A stretch of 64,000 nt of DNA from Candidatus Undinarchaeota archaeon (GTDB taxonomy: Archaea; SpSt-1190; JASMDC01), in assembly GCA_964519305.1 (NCBI GenBank), contig CAZFHY010000009.1, positions 64,001-128,000 of the forward strand, in the 5' to 3' direction. The notes below the pieces were generated by a model. It was not told the DNA's origin. It was given only the letters and a program-made list of their open reading frames with translations, and made no database searches. Position numbers and translations under genes: made by a program. Shown here piece by piece: positions 10,539-19,962 of this stretch; the stretch's first letter is position 1, and each line of letters opens with the position of its first letter.

Positions 10539-11354
10539 ATGACCCTCATCGAGACCCATGCGCTGAAGAAGGAGTACCTCATGGGCAAGGTCATCGTCAA
10601 CGCTCTGCGGGGAGTGGACGTAAAGATCGGTAAGGGGGAGTTCGTGGCCCTCGTCGGTCCGTCCGGCTCGGGGAAGAGCACCCTCATGCACCTCATCGGC
10701 GGCCTCGACTACCCCACAGAGGGCACGGTATCCGTTGAGGGTGAGGACCTCTACAAGATGACCGAGGGGGAGCTCGCTCACTTCCGGGGCATGAAAGTGG
10801 GATTCGTGTTCCAGTCCTTCAACCTCTTCAACCTCCTCTCGGCCAGGGAGAACGTGTATTTCCCCATGCAGTTCTCCGACATACCGTTCAACCAGTGGGG
10901 AGTGCGTGCCGACGAGCTGCTGGAGCTGGTGAAGCTCGGTGACTGGAAGCACCACAAGCCCACAGAGATGTCCGGCGGCCAGCAGCAGCGGGTGGCCATC
11001 GCCCGGGCGCTCGCTAACCACCCGGACATCCTGCTCGCCGACGAGCCCACAGGGGAGCTGGATACCACGACGTCGCTTGAGATAATGGCGCTATTCGACC
11101 GCATCCGGAAGGAACAGGGCACGACCGTCATCATAGTGACCCACGACACGGAGATGGCCGCCCTTGCTGACCGGCAGATCAAGCTCATTGATGGCCATGT
11201 CGTGTCGGACATACGGAACCACAAGCCTGAAGTGAAAGCAAAAGGCAAGCAGTCGAAGAAGATCCCTAAGAAGAAGAAGAAGAAGACCGCTCCCAAGAAG
11301 AAAGTGACTGGAAAGAAAGGGACCGGTAAGAAGAAGACCAAGAAACCTGCTTGA
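10539..11354 (+). CDS. ABC ATP-binding protein, LolD/MacB family
   Basis: [32 protein letters not shown]; Lys-rich tail. Confidence 0.95.
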   Translation: MTLIETHALKKEYLMGKVIVNALRGVDVKIGKGEFVALVGPSGSGKSTLMHLIGGLDYPTEGTVSVEGEDLYKMTEGELAHFRGMKVGFVFQSFNLFNLLSARENVYFPMQFSDIPFNQWGVRADELLELVKLGDWKHHKPTEMSGGQQQRVAIARALANHPDILLADEPTGELDTTTSLEIMALFDRIRKEQGTTVIIVTHDTEMAALADRQIKLIDGHVVSDIRNHKPEVKAKGKQSKKIPKKKKKKTAPKKKVTGKKGTGKKKTKKPA

Positions 11355-11363
11355 ATAACGGGC

Positions 11364-11780
11364 TCACGACTGCATGAGCGCCCGCTCCACACTGTCCCGC
11401 AGTTCCCACTCGGTATCGTACTCCCATACCTTGAGATTGGGGTGAGCGTTCCCTGCCACCAGTGCCGAGAGCCGGGTGCCCTTCTGGCAGAAGCAGTGGA
11501 CTGGCTTCCCCCACTCCAGGGCCAGCCCGATCTCCATCCCAACGCCCAGGCTCGGACGTGACACCTCGGCGATGAGCATCTCGCTCGTCCTCAGCCACTT
11601 CATGTCCCGGTCGAATATCTCCCGTTGCGTGAGGGCGGCCTCCCGCTCCATCACATCAGGTGCTACGACATGCTCGGTGAGCACCGTGTGCCCGAGGTCC
11701 CTGATGGCATCGGCCATGGCGCGGGCGTTCCCGATAGCAGCGCGGTCACCGGCGATGGGGGCGGCGAGATAGACGTCCAT
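11364..11780 (-). CDS. Nucleoside 2-deoxyribosyltransferase / DNPH1(Rcl)-like N-hydrolase
   Basis: MDVYLAAPIAG, VLTEHV, IFDRDMKWL, IAEVSRPSLGVGMEIG, LSALVAGN. Confidence 0.85.
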   Translation of the reverse strand: MDVYLAAPIAGDRAAIGNARAMADAIRDLGHTVLTEHVVAPDVMEREAALTQREIFDRDMKWLRTSEMLIAEVSRPSLGVGMEIGLALEWGKPVHCFCQKGTRLSALVAGNAHPNLKVWEYDTEWELRDSVERALMQS

Positions 11781-11831
11781 GGGAGGCGATAATGGGACGC
11801 AGCCTTTTATTTCTTGGTCGGGAGGTGAACA

Positions 11832-12611
11832 ATGGTGGACATGGTGCCCCTGCCCCGTCGCATCCTTCTTGCCTGTGACCTGGACGACACGGTCGCAGGC
11901 GATACAGAGGGTGAGCGCCGGTTCACAACTGCCGTGAAGCTGGCACGTGACGCAGGCGTGCTTGTCCTTGCTTACGTCACCGGAAGATACCTTGCATCGG
12001 GCCAGCGACTGGTCGCCCAGCTCGGTCTTCCGGAACCGGACTGGTGGGGATGCGACTCGGGAGCTTCGTTGTATCAGGTAGTGGATGGGGAAGCTATTGA
12101 ACTGACCGGAGAGCTTTCTCAGGGACAATGGGACGCTGAACAAGTACGCTCACGTCTGTCCGGGCACCCCGCGCTCGTCCCGCAGGACTTCGACAACGTC
12201 CGTCGTGTGAGCTATATCGTGACGAACGTGGAGCCACAATCTGTTGTCCAGGAAGTGAGAGGAGCGCTGGTAGGACTAGATGTCAGCGTCGCGCTCATCA
12301 AGGGCAACGGTCTGGACGTGCTCCCCGTAGGATGTGACAAGGGCGTGGCCGTAGCGTTCATAGCAGAGCACGAGGGTATCCCTGCAGGTAACGTCCTGGT
12401 GGTGGGTGACAGCGAGAACGATGTCCCCATGCTCACGGGAGGATTCGGCCGGGCCGTTATAGTGGGGAACGCGGAGCCACATGTTAAAGAGGCGTTAAAG
12501 AATGAGGGCGTCATTGTAGAATCGGCCACCCATGGGACTGCCGTGGCCGATGCTCTCGAATCGTTCATCTCAGAACGTGGATTTGCCCCTTCACCTACGA
12601 AAAGTTATTAA
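11832..12611 (+). CDS. HAD-IIB hydrolase, sucrose-phosphate phosphatase-like
   Basis: DLDDT motif I, YVTGR, LDVLP...KG, GDSEND, GNA. Confidence 0.8.
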   Translation: MVDMVPLPRRILLACDLDDTVAGDTEGERRFTTAVKLARDAGVLVLAYVTGRYLASGQRLVAQLGLPEPDWWGCDSGASLYQVVDGEAIELTGELSQGQWDAEQVRSRLSGHPALVPQDFDNVRRVSYIVTNVEPQSVVQEVRGALVGLDVSVALIKGNGLDVLPVGCDKGVAVAFIAEHEGIPAGNVLVVGDSENDVPMLTGGFGRAVIVGNAEPHVKEALKNEGVIVESATHGTAVADALESFISERGFAPSPTKSY

Positions 12612-12648
12612 GCGACGACCCTCGCCCATTCTTACCTGACGGGGTAAC

Positions 12649-13677
12649 TTGGACGTGTTGTCCGAACATCTTACTTTAGATGGGGAGAAGGATTCCCCCT
12701 CGCCCCAGGGCTGGGCACCCGAGGACAAGTACCTCTGGGACTTCTGGACCGTCGAGAAGGATGGCCAGCACCACATGTTCTACCTCCAGGCACCCCGTGA
12801 CATCTCCGATCCCGAGATGCGCCACGGGATGGCGACTGTGGGGCATGCCGTCTCCGACGACCTCGTCAACTGGGAGGAGATCGGTACTGCTTTGGGACCG
12901 GGACCGAAGGGCTCGTGGGACGACACCAGTATCTGGACCGGCTCCGTCATCGAGAAGGACGGGCGCTACTTCATGTTCTACACGTCCCGCTCCTCCGAGG
13001 ATGACGGCCTGATCCAGCGCGTGGGTCTGGCGACCTCGGACGACCTCGTCAACTGGGAGAAGCAGCCCGGACCCGTCATGGAGGCCGACGCCAGGTGGTA
13101 CGAGAAGCTCGGCGATCCCGGTGCGACAACCGAGTCATGGCGCGATCCGCAAGTGGTGTACGACCCGTCAGATGGTTTCTACCACGCCTACGTGTGCGCC
13201 CGTACCAACGAGGGACCGCTCGATAGCAGAGGATGCATCGCCCATGCCCGCTCCAAGGACCTCTATGACTGGGAGGTGATGGCGCCCATCAGCGCCCCCG
13301 GGCACTTCTCGCAGATGGAGGTGCCCGTAATGCACAAGCACGGGGACAAGTACCACCTATTCTTCGCCACAGACGAACGGTCGTACTCTTCGACGCACGA
13401 GAACGAGATAGAGGGCGCTCCGCAGACAGGAGTGTTCATGTACGTGTCCGACCGGCCAGACGGCGGGTTCCGACCTGCTGGCAACGAGGTGGTCATGGGC
13501 AGCGATACCAACGCCTACACATGTCGGATCGTGCAGGGTGAGGACGGTCGCGACCGGCTGCTCACCTGGCTCTTCGAGGCCGAGGGCAGGGACGGGTTCG
13601 CGGGCGTCATCGACACGCCGTACATCGTCAGCTACAACGACGATGGTTCCATCGAACTGGAGCGCGAGGTCTACTAG
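12649..13677 (+). CDS. Glycoside hydrolase clan GH-J (GH32/GH68) beta-fructofuranosidase-like
   Basis: YLWDFW nucleophile motif, WTGS, WRDP, QMEVP; GHAVSDDLVNWE propeller repeats. Confidence 0.85.
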   Translation: MDVLSEHLTLDGEKDSPSPQGWAPEDKYLWDFWTVEKDGQHHMFYLQAPRDISDPEMRHGMATVGHAVSDDLVNWEEIGTALGPGPKGSWDDTSIWTGSVIEKDGRYFMFYTSRSSEDDGLIQRVGLATSDDLVNWEKQPGPVMEADARWYEKLGDPGATTESWRDPQVVYDPSDGFYHAYVCARTNEGPLDSRGCIAHARSKDLYDWEVMAPISAPGHFSQMEVPVMHKHGDKYHLFFATDERSYSSTHENEIEGAPQTGVFMYVSDRPDGGFRPAGNEVVMGSDTNAYTCRIVQGEDGRDRLLTWLFEAEGRDGFAGVIDTPYIVSYNDDGSIELEREVY

Positions 13678-13734
13678 CCCGCTCGTCCAAAAGGTAGTTA
13701 AATCGATATACCTCCTAGTCTGAGGAGGATCATC

Positions 13735-14442
13735 ATGGAGAGAGCGTCACATGCAAAGAGGACGGGACCCATCATCGCCGTCCTTGCGACCATAATCCTT
13801 CTGTCCTTCATCCCGCTTGCGTTCGATACCTACTCCGTAACGAGGGAGAAGGGAGAGGTCGGTGCTTTCAAGGAGGGTGTCCAGTTCGGGTACGAGATGG
13901 CCACCGAGATGCTGGCTCGCGAAGTGGGTTCTTGCCAGCCTATAGAGCTGTCGCTGGGAGACAAGATCGTGAACGTGACCGCCGTCGACTGTATCCGTGA
14001 GCGGGATGTCCAGGCGGGAGCACGCGTAGGGCATGACCAGGCGCTCATTCAGCTCATAAACCAGGCCGCGTCGTGCGAACCGGTCGCCGTCCATATGCAG
14101 GACCAGACCATCAACCTCACCATGGTCGAGTGCGTCCAGAACCGTGAGCTGCAGTTGGGTGCTCAGTACGGGTACGAGCGCGCCCTCACGCAGGTCGTCG
14201 CGCAGGCAGTTACGTGCGAGCCCGTCCCTATCCAGCTACAGAACCAGACGGTCAATGTGACGGCGTCAGGTTGCGTGCAGCAGAAGGACGTCCAGGCCGG
14301 CGTCCAGTACGGCTACGAGATGGCGGTGACACAGCTGATGACCGAAGCACAGAAGTGCCAGCCGGTCACAGCAAAGGTGCACAATAGGACGATCGACCTG
14401 ATAGCCGTTGAATGCCTACAACCAATGAACGTGACCACCTGA
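13735..14442 (+). CDS. Membrane-anchored protein with four 47-aa Cys-pair repeats
   Basis: SD GAGGAGG; N-terminal TM; repeats GxQxGYExA...CxPV...(N/D)xx(A/M)xxC. Confidence 0.8.
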   Translation: MERASHAKRTGPIIAVLATIILLSFIPLAFDTYSVTREKGEVGAFKEGVQFGYEMATEMLAREVGSCQPIELSLGDKIVNVTAVDCIRERDVQAGARVGHDQALIQLINQAASCEPVAVHMQDQTINLTMVECVQNRELQLGAQYGYERALTQVVAQAVTCEPVPIQLQNQTVNVTASGCVQQKDVQAGVQYGYEMAVTQLMTEAQKCQPVTAKVHNRTIDLIAVECLQPMNVTT

Positions 14443-14494
14443 TACGTGATCAGTGATCCACACAAGTACTCCTTTCAGTAGTCACGAAAACATA

Positions 14495-14540
14495 TCATCA
14501 CCGGGGACCATCATTACTGATGGCCCCCTGGCGATGATGA
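14495..14540 (-). terminator. Long hairpin with GUAA tetraloop between convergent genes
   Basis: Minus strand TCATCGCC-AG-GGGGCCATCA GTAA TGATGGTCCC-C-GGTGATGA with G-U pairs. Confidence 0.5.
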
Positions 14541-14633
14541 GAGCCTTATGATGGTAGGGGAGCTATCTCCGATGACCGACCAGGGTACTGAGCCTGTGGG
14601 GCCACCAACCTTTTCAACCTTTCCCCGCGCGCC

Positions 14634-15668
14634 CTACTCCAGGTCACCGCGCAAGAGCTCCTTGATCTCGTTGCGCTCATGCCGTGCCTGCTGTAGCGAT
14701 TCGGGAACCCTGAGAAGGTGGTCCATGGACATACCCTTGTAGAAGTATCCGCCCACATCCTCGTCAGGAGCGAGCTTCTCCTTGTGGGAGACAGCATACG
14801 AGAGGTTGTGGAGGTAGTCCTTCCCGAGACAGACCGCATACTTCGGGACGTTGAACAGTAGGCGCCATCGCATGCCACCCTTCACGTCGTTGTCCGTCAG
14901 CTTCCGCTTCGCGGCCAGTTGGGCAAGGTTGAAGAACCTCGTCGAGGCGATGCGGCCCAGGGAGTGCAGGACAGGTGAATCATACCACGAACCGCCCCGC
15001 TCTCCTGTGTACTCGTAGATCGGGTTCTCACCGCCCCATACGTGCTTTATCCGCCCCTCTTCCTCGAGACGGTCGAAGGCGGACTGGTAGGAGCTCTTGA
15101 TCTGCTGGAACATCTCACCGTACGTACCGGCCACCTCCATGCGCTCGATGCGTTCGGCCATCTCTGGCAGTGCCAGCACCTTCTTCACGATGGCGGTCTC
15201 GACGATGTCGTTGCGGGTCAGGTAGATGGGGACGTCCTCGTCGAGCCCCTTGGCCAGGTAAGCAACGTCGTCTAGCGCTTTTGTAGCGATCTCATACTTG
15301 TTCTCCACGTCAAGGGATTCAACGTACTCTCCGCCCACGGGCGCCTCGTAGTTGAACATAGTGGTCCCCACGTGCTCCAGGGACAGGCCACGCGCATCGG
15401 TGATGCCCCGCTCGAAACCGTCACGAGTGAGGGCGATCGCATGCACCTCCACGTCGTCGATGTAGAAGGATTCGAACCCGGCCTTGTCCTCGTACCCGTC
15501 CTCGAGAACAACGAAACAGTCGACGTCGGATGCGGGCTTTGCGTATCCGTTGACCCGGGAGCCGTACACAAGGACCGCCTTGGCAGCGTCGCCGTAAAGC
15601 TCACCGATACCGTCAACTGCGCCCTCGATGAGGTCCGCGTTCTCCTCAGGTGTGGCCAGCATGGTCAT
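14634..15668 (-). CDS. Pol-beta superfamily nucleotidyltransferase domain protein
   Basis: VYGSRVNGYAKPASDVDCFVV; SD GGAGGA before ATG 15668. Confidence 0.75.
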   Translation of the reverse strand: MTMLATPEENADLIEGAVDGIGELYGDAAKAVLVYGSRVNGYAKPASDVDCFVVLEDGYEDKAGFESFYIDDVEVHAIALTRDGFERGITDARGLSLEHVGTTMFNYEAPVGGEYVESLDVENKYEIATKALDDVAYLAKGLDEDVPIYLTRNDIVETAIVKKVLALPEMAERIERMEVAGTYGEMFQQIKSSYQSAFDRLEEEGRIKHVWGGENPIYEYTGERGGSWYDSPVLHSLGRIASTRFFNLAQLAAKRKLTDNDVKGGMRWRLLFNVPKYAVCLGKDYLHNLSYAVSHKEKLAPDEDVGGYFYKGMSMDHLLRVPESLQQARHERNEIKELLRGDLE

Positions 15669-15875
15669 CCGCAGGTCCTCCGTCCTACTAGACTGCATTT
15701 GGAGGCAGATCACCCCTATTTAAGTCGTATCTTGGGGCGCAGGTGTGCTGTTTTGTGTCACGTTCCGCTGCGGCTCTTCCATGTGCCGCAAGGGGTCCAG
15801 AATTAGGTCCGGCCACTGGCCGGTTCGGTCCCATCATTACCGAGGGCGGGAGGCCGTCCACCTTCAGGTGGAGCC

Positions 15876-16091
15876 TCACTCCCGCCGCTCGCGTGCCCTA
15901 CGGTTTATCGTCGTGTTGTGGATACGGGTGAGGTATCCGGCAACCTTATTGCGCAGCTTGGATGTCGGGAAGGTAAGAAGTTCTTCCGCCATCTGCTTGT
16001 TCTTGTAGAAGTCACTTGAGAACACTTCAGGGTGGTCCTCATAGAGCTTACCTGCTACGCGCTTTACGAGCGTTGTGCGAATTCGTCCCAG
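15876..16091 (-). CDS. rps17e: 30S ribosomal protein S17e (CTG start; absent from ORF track)
   Basis: Translates as (M)GRIRTTLVKRVAGKLYEDHPEVFSSDFYKNK...SKLRNKVAGYLTR; SD GGAGGTGA. Confidence 0.93.
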   Translation of the reverse strand: MGRIRTTLVKRVAGKLYEDHPEVFSSDFYKNKQMAEELLTFPTSKLRNKVAGYLTRIHNTTINRRARERRE

Positions 16092-16110
16092 TCATTTCAC
16101 CTCCTTTTCA

Positions 16111-16611
16111 TCATATCGTGTCCAGCTCGATGAGCTGAGGCTCCATGGAGCCAAGGTCGACTATCATTACCGTAGGGACACCCGTGAGGTACGGGCAGGT
16201 CTCTCCGGGATTGACCAGCAGGGTGTCGTCCCGCTGGATGATCTCATGCTTGTGGGTGTGGCCGCGCACGACCAGGTCGTAGTTACCGGATGAGAGCACG
16301 GCGGATACAAGCTTGGGGCTCTCGCCGTGGAGCATGGCGACCCGGCGGTTGGCCAGCTCTAGGTCGGCGAACCTCCCGTGGAAGGTGGCGATCCCATCGA
16401 ACTTCTTGGTGAGGAAGGGTATGTCGCCGTCGTTGTTCCCGAACACCGCGGCCATGGGCGGTTTGAGCTCCCTGAAGGCGCGTGCGGTGAACGGGGAGAC
16501 GAGGTCACCGGCGTGGAGCACGTACTCCACGTCCTCCCGGTTGAAGGTGGCCACAGCGGACTCGATGAAGTCGATGTTATCATGCGAGTCGGACATCACT
16601 CCGATCCTCAT
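16111..16611 (-). CDS. Metallophosphoesterase, YfcE/MJ0936 family
   Basis: SDSHDN, HAGD, GNND, GHTH, NPG motifs. Confidence 0.92.
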   Translation of the reverse strand: MRIGVMSDSHDNIDFIESAVATFNREDVEYVLHAGDLVSPFTARAFRELKPPMAAVFGNNDGDIPFLTKKFDGIATFHGRFADLELANRRVAMLHGESPKLVSAVLSSGNYDLVVRGHTHKHEIIQRDDTLLVNPGETCPYLTGVPTVMIVDLGSMEPQLIELDTI

Positions 16612-16640
16612 GCAATACACCTCCTGTCATGTACCATGGT

Positions 16641-17888
16641 CTACACCGAGTTCTCCAGGATGCGGATGAAGGCGGGGCGAGATACGAGCACGCTGACGAG
16701 CACCCCGAGGATGGTCGTGATGGCGAAGCCCTTCACAGCGCCCAGACCGACGAAGGTCAATGGCACCATCGCGCAGATGGTAGTGGAGGCGGCGGCGAAG
16801 ATGATGAAGAACGCACGCTTGATGCGCGCCCGCCAGCCGTACACACGCTTCGTGTCCACGTCGCCCCGAATCATGGTGTCAGCGATGATGACCTGGTGGT
16901 CCACACCGGTCCCCACCGCGGCGATGATGCCAGCGATGGCGGCCAGGTCGATCTGCCAGTGGATGAGCGAGGCCATCCCGAGGATGAGGATTATCTCCGA
17001 GGTGGAGGTGAAGAGGATGGAACCGACCATGTAGGGCTCCCGGTACTTGACGATGAGGACGCACGCCACTCCGAGCAGTGCGACGAGGCCCGAGACCACG
17101 GATTGCTGCTTGAAGTCGGAACCGAGCTTGGGCGACACGTCGTTGATGGTCACGATGGATAGCTTGGTCGGTAACGCACCGGTAGACAGCACTGCCTGGA
17201 GGTAACGCATCTCGGAGAGCGCCTCCTCGCGGCTGGACGACGAGCCCTCGATACGGGCCTCGGTCGCTGGCTTGCACGCCATGCCCGACGCGATGCGGAG
17301 GTCTGACTTGACCACATCGTCCACCCTCAGGACCAGGTTGCACGCGGGCTCCAGGTACTCGCCTGTGGGATCGCGGGTGCAGTTGCACGTGGCGTCGGCG
17401 AACTTCCGCGCCTCATCGAAGTGCATCTCCACAGAGAACCAGAAGCGGAATACGTTCTCGCTCACCTGCGAGGTCCCGCTGCGCTGGGCATCGGTGAAAA
17501 CGCGCTTGGTCTTTGTGAAGATTGTCTTGTTGCGGATCTGGCCCTCGAACTTGCCCTCTGCTTCGAGGTACCGTTCCGCCTCGGTGCGGTTCACACCGGC
17601 GAAGTCGATTATGATATACGAATTGCCCGAGAGCACATCGCTGACCACGCGGGTCGTCACGTCCTTAAGGGCGATGCGGTTGATACGCTGGTTGATGACG
17701 TTCCGTGCCGTCTCCAGGACGTCGGGGCCCACGGTGGCGTTGGGGGCCATGACGACGCGGACACCGCCCGAGATGTCGAGCCCGGTGTCGATACCACGGA
17801 ACACGACGAGCGTGATGGACGCGATGAGGATGATCACGAGCAGGAGCACTTGAGGCTCCTTCAGGATCTTCTCGAAGTCCGGTTTCAT
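16641..17888 (-). CDS. secD: Protein translocase subunit SecD (archaeal)
   Basis: GLDISGG, GALP, VSPKLG, GTGVDHQVIIAD, KGFAITTILGV. Confidence 0.92.
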   Translation of the reverse strand: MKPDFEKILKEPQVLLLVIILIASITLVVFRGIDTGLDISGGVRVVMAPNATVGPDVLETARNVINQRINRIALKDVTTRVVSDVLSGNSYIIIDFAGVNRTEAERYLEAEGKFEGQIRNKTIFTKTKRVFTDAQRSGTSQVSENVFRFWFSVEMHFDEARKFADATCNCTRDPTGEYLEPACNLVLRVDDVVKSDLRIASGMACKPATEARIEGSSSSREEALSEMRYLQAVLSTGALPTKLSIVTINDVSPKLGSDFKQQSVVSGLVALLGVACVLIVKYREPYMVGSILFTSTSEIILILGMASLIHWQIDLAAIAGIIAAVGTGVDHQVIIADTMIRGDVDTKRVYGWRARIKRAFFIIFAAASTTICAMVPLTFVGLGAVKGFAITTILGVLVSVLVSRPAFIRILENSV

Positions 17889-18856
17889 TCGTCCACCCCC
17901 TCAAGTCGCCACTTGATGATGCCAGCGTTCTGGATCCAAGTGTTGATGACGTCGACGCTGATACCCAGAAGGAGCACTGTGGCGATCTCCTGTAGTACAG
18001 CGGCGTTGGATAGCAGGAGGATGGCGGTCACTGCGGCGATGGTAGTGGCCTCCATGGTGAGTCCTGTCATCATGGCGTCGAATATCCGATCGACGATACG
18101 ACCCTCGCGACGCTTGAGTATGCGGGTAGTAAGGAGGATGTCCGAGTCAACGGAATAACCGATGAGCATCAGAAGCGCGGCGATGGTGGGCATCGAAAGC
18201 TTGATGCCCAATAGAGACATGAGCGCGTAGCTCTCCACTATATCGGAGAAGGCCGCGAGCATCACTGCCCCGGAGATGACGGGCTCACGGAAGAGTAGCG
18301 CGATAACAGCCCCCATGAGGACGAATGCAATCAATACTGCACGCTGTGCACCGGCGAAGGTGGACGCACTGATGGACGGATTGACCTGGTGGATGCTGTA
18401 GCTCCCGGTATCAATGTCTATGTTCAGCTGCTTCCCCAGTTCGGCCAGTATGGCATCCTTGTCGGGATCGCCCCCGACCTCGACCGCCACCTGGGTCTCG
18501 CCAGTGAGCGCGTTCTTGAGGACACGCAGCCGGATGTCCGAGCCGAAGCGACTTTGGAGCGCGCTCTCCAGCGTATTGGCGTTGACAGCAATATCGGTCT
18601 GGATGACTATCGAAAGTCCACCCTTGAGATCTATGTCCTGCTCGGGCGGCATGGTGAATGCTATGACGAGAGCAATTGCGAGCATGGCGAAGGGGAGGAT
18701 CATGAGCGTCTTGTAGTTCTTGTCGTAGTATTCTCTGAATTCGGCGATCTTAGGATGGAGCTCCTCCTTGGTCGTCTCTTCCTCGACCTTCTTTTTTTGG
18801 ACCTTCTTAGGGACTTTGTCCTTCTTCCGGCCCTTGCTCTTCTTCTTGTCCGCCAT
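17885..18856 (-). CDS. secF: Protein translocase subunit SecF (archaeal)
   Basis: IDLKGG, ALLMLIGYSVDSDILLTTR, NTWIQNAG. Confidence 0.93.
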   Translation of the reverse strand: MADKKKSKGRKKDKVPKKVQKKKVEEETTKEELHPKIAEFREYYDKNYKTLMILPFAMLAIALVIAFTMPPEQDIDLKGGLSIVIQTDIAVNANTLESALQSRFGSDIRLRVLKNALTGETQVAVEVGGDPDKDAILAELGKQLNIDIDTGSYSIHQVNPSISASTFAGAQRAVLIAFVLMGAVIALLFREPVISGAVMLAAFSDIVESYALMSLLGIKLSMPTIAALLMLIGYSVDSDILLTTRILKRREGRIVDRIFDAMMTGLTMEATTIAAVTAILLLSNAAVLQEIATVLLLGISVDVINTWIQNAGIIKWRLEGVDE

Positions 18857-18910
18857 GCGCTCGCCGCCTTCCAAAATGCTTTTCAATCTGGCCCCCTAAG
18901 AGGGGACTAG

Positions 18911-19519
18911 GTGGGATGGCCGATGCCTGATATTTATAAAGCTAACCGAAACGTGTTCGCGCTCTCAAGAAGGTTCCGTCGGTCGGGTAATGTGGCCTCA
19001 CCGATGGACTTCGGGATTATTGTCGCCGTCACAGGAGTCGGGCGCGGCTGGCGCGTGCTCGAGGCGGGATGCGGTTCCGGATTCCTGACCTCCTTCCTCT
19101 CGGACTATGTCGGTCCGGAAGGGTCCATTTTGACCTATGAGGTACGCGAGGAGGCCGTGCGCATCGCCCGATCCAACCTCGCGATAGCCGGCGCTGATAA
19201 CGTGGAGCTCGTGGAGGGGCCCCTGAGCGTAGAAGGGCACGAGCAGCCCTTCGACCTTGTCTGCCTCGACATGCGTGACGCGGACGCGGTCCTCCCGGAA
19301 GTCACGGGAGTGGTGAAGAAAGGGGGCTGGGTGTTCGTGTACTCGCCCTTCATGGAACAGGTCGCTGCCGTTCATCGGGCGGCTGGTGACCTCCCCCTCA
19401 AGAACATCGTCACTTATGAGCCGCTCGTACGCGAGATGCATGTTGACGACAGGGGTACTCGCGGTCGGACCCAGTTCCTCGGACAGGCCAGGTTCCTGAC
19501 CTTCGCCCAAAAGGCATAG
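18911..19519 (+). CDS. trmI: tRNA (adenine-N1)-methyltransferase TrmI/Gcd14, short form without the N-terminal beta domain
   Basis: VLEAGCGSG, TYEVRE, LDM, YSPFMEQV; start uncertain (GTG 18953 possible). Confidence 0.82.
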   Translation: MGWPMPDIYKANRNVFALSRRFRRSGNVASPMDFGIIVAVTGVGRGWRVLEAGCGSGFLTSFLSDYVGPEGSILTYEVREEAVRIARSNLAIAGADNVELVEGPLSVEGHEQPFDLVCLDMRDADAVLPEVTGVVKKGGWVFVYSPFMEQVAAVHRAAGDLPLKNIVTYEPLVREMHVDDRGTRGRTQFLGQARFLTFAQKA

Positions 19520-19551
19520 GTTTTTTCAAGTTTGACGACATAGTTGCTAAC

Positions 19552-19962
19552 ATGCCGGGCAAAGGGAGCAAGAAGAAGAGTACTAAGGAGAAGGAGGAGA
19601 AGTCCGTGCGAAAGGAGAAGCTCGTCGAGAAAAAGGAAGAGACGGAGGCCGCTCCCGCCAAGAAAGAGGTCGAGGTAAAGGAAGCTGAGGTCGAGCTTCC
19701 GCCCGTCCCTCACCCAAAGAAGCGCAGGCCGATATCCACCTGGCAGAAGCCGGAGATCCTGGGTCTAGGATTCGGATTGTGCGCGCTTGGACTCGCTATC
19801 GTGATCGTGTACTATTCCTATATTATCGAGAAGGGCGTGGACTGGAGCATTGCCCACTTCGGTACCGAGTTCTACCACTTCTCCGTGCTGGGGATCTTCC
19901 TCATGGTCACAGGATCCATGTTCTTAGGAATGTACTTCGCGACGCCCAAGGAGTTCATGTAG
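19552..19962 (+). CDS. Hypothetical membrane protein with K/E-rich N-terminus
   Basis: ORF with two C-terminal TM helices. Confidence 0.65.
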   Translation: MPGKGSKKKSTKEKEEKSVRKEKLVEKKEETEAAPAKKEVEVKEAEVELPPVPHPKKRRPISTWQKPEILGLGFGLCALGLAIVIVYYSYIIEKGVDWSIAHFGTEFYHFSVLGIFLMVTGSMFLGMYFATPKEFM

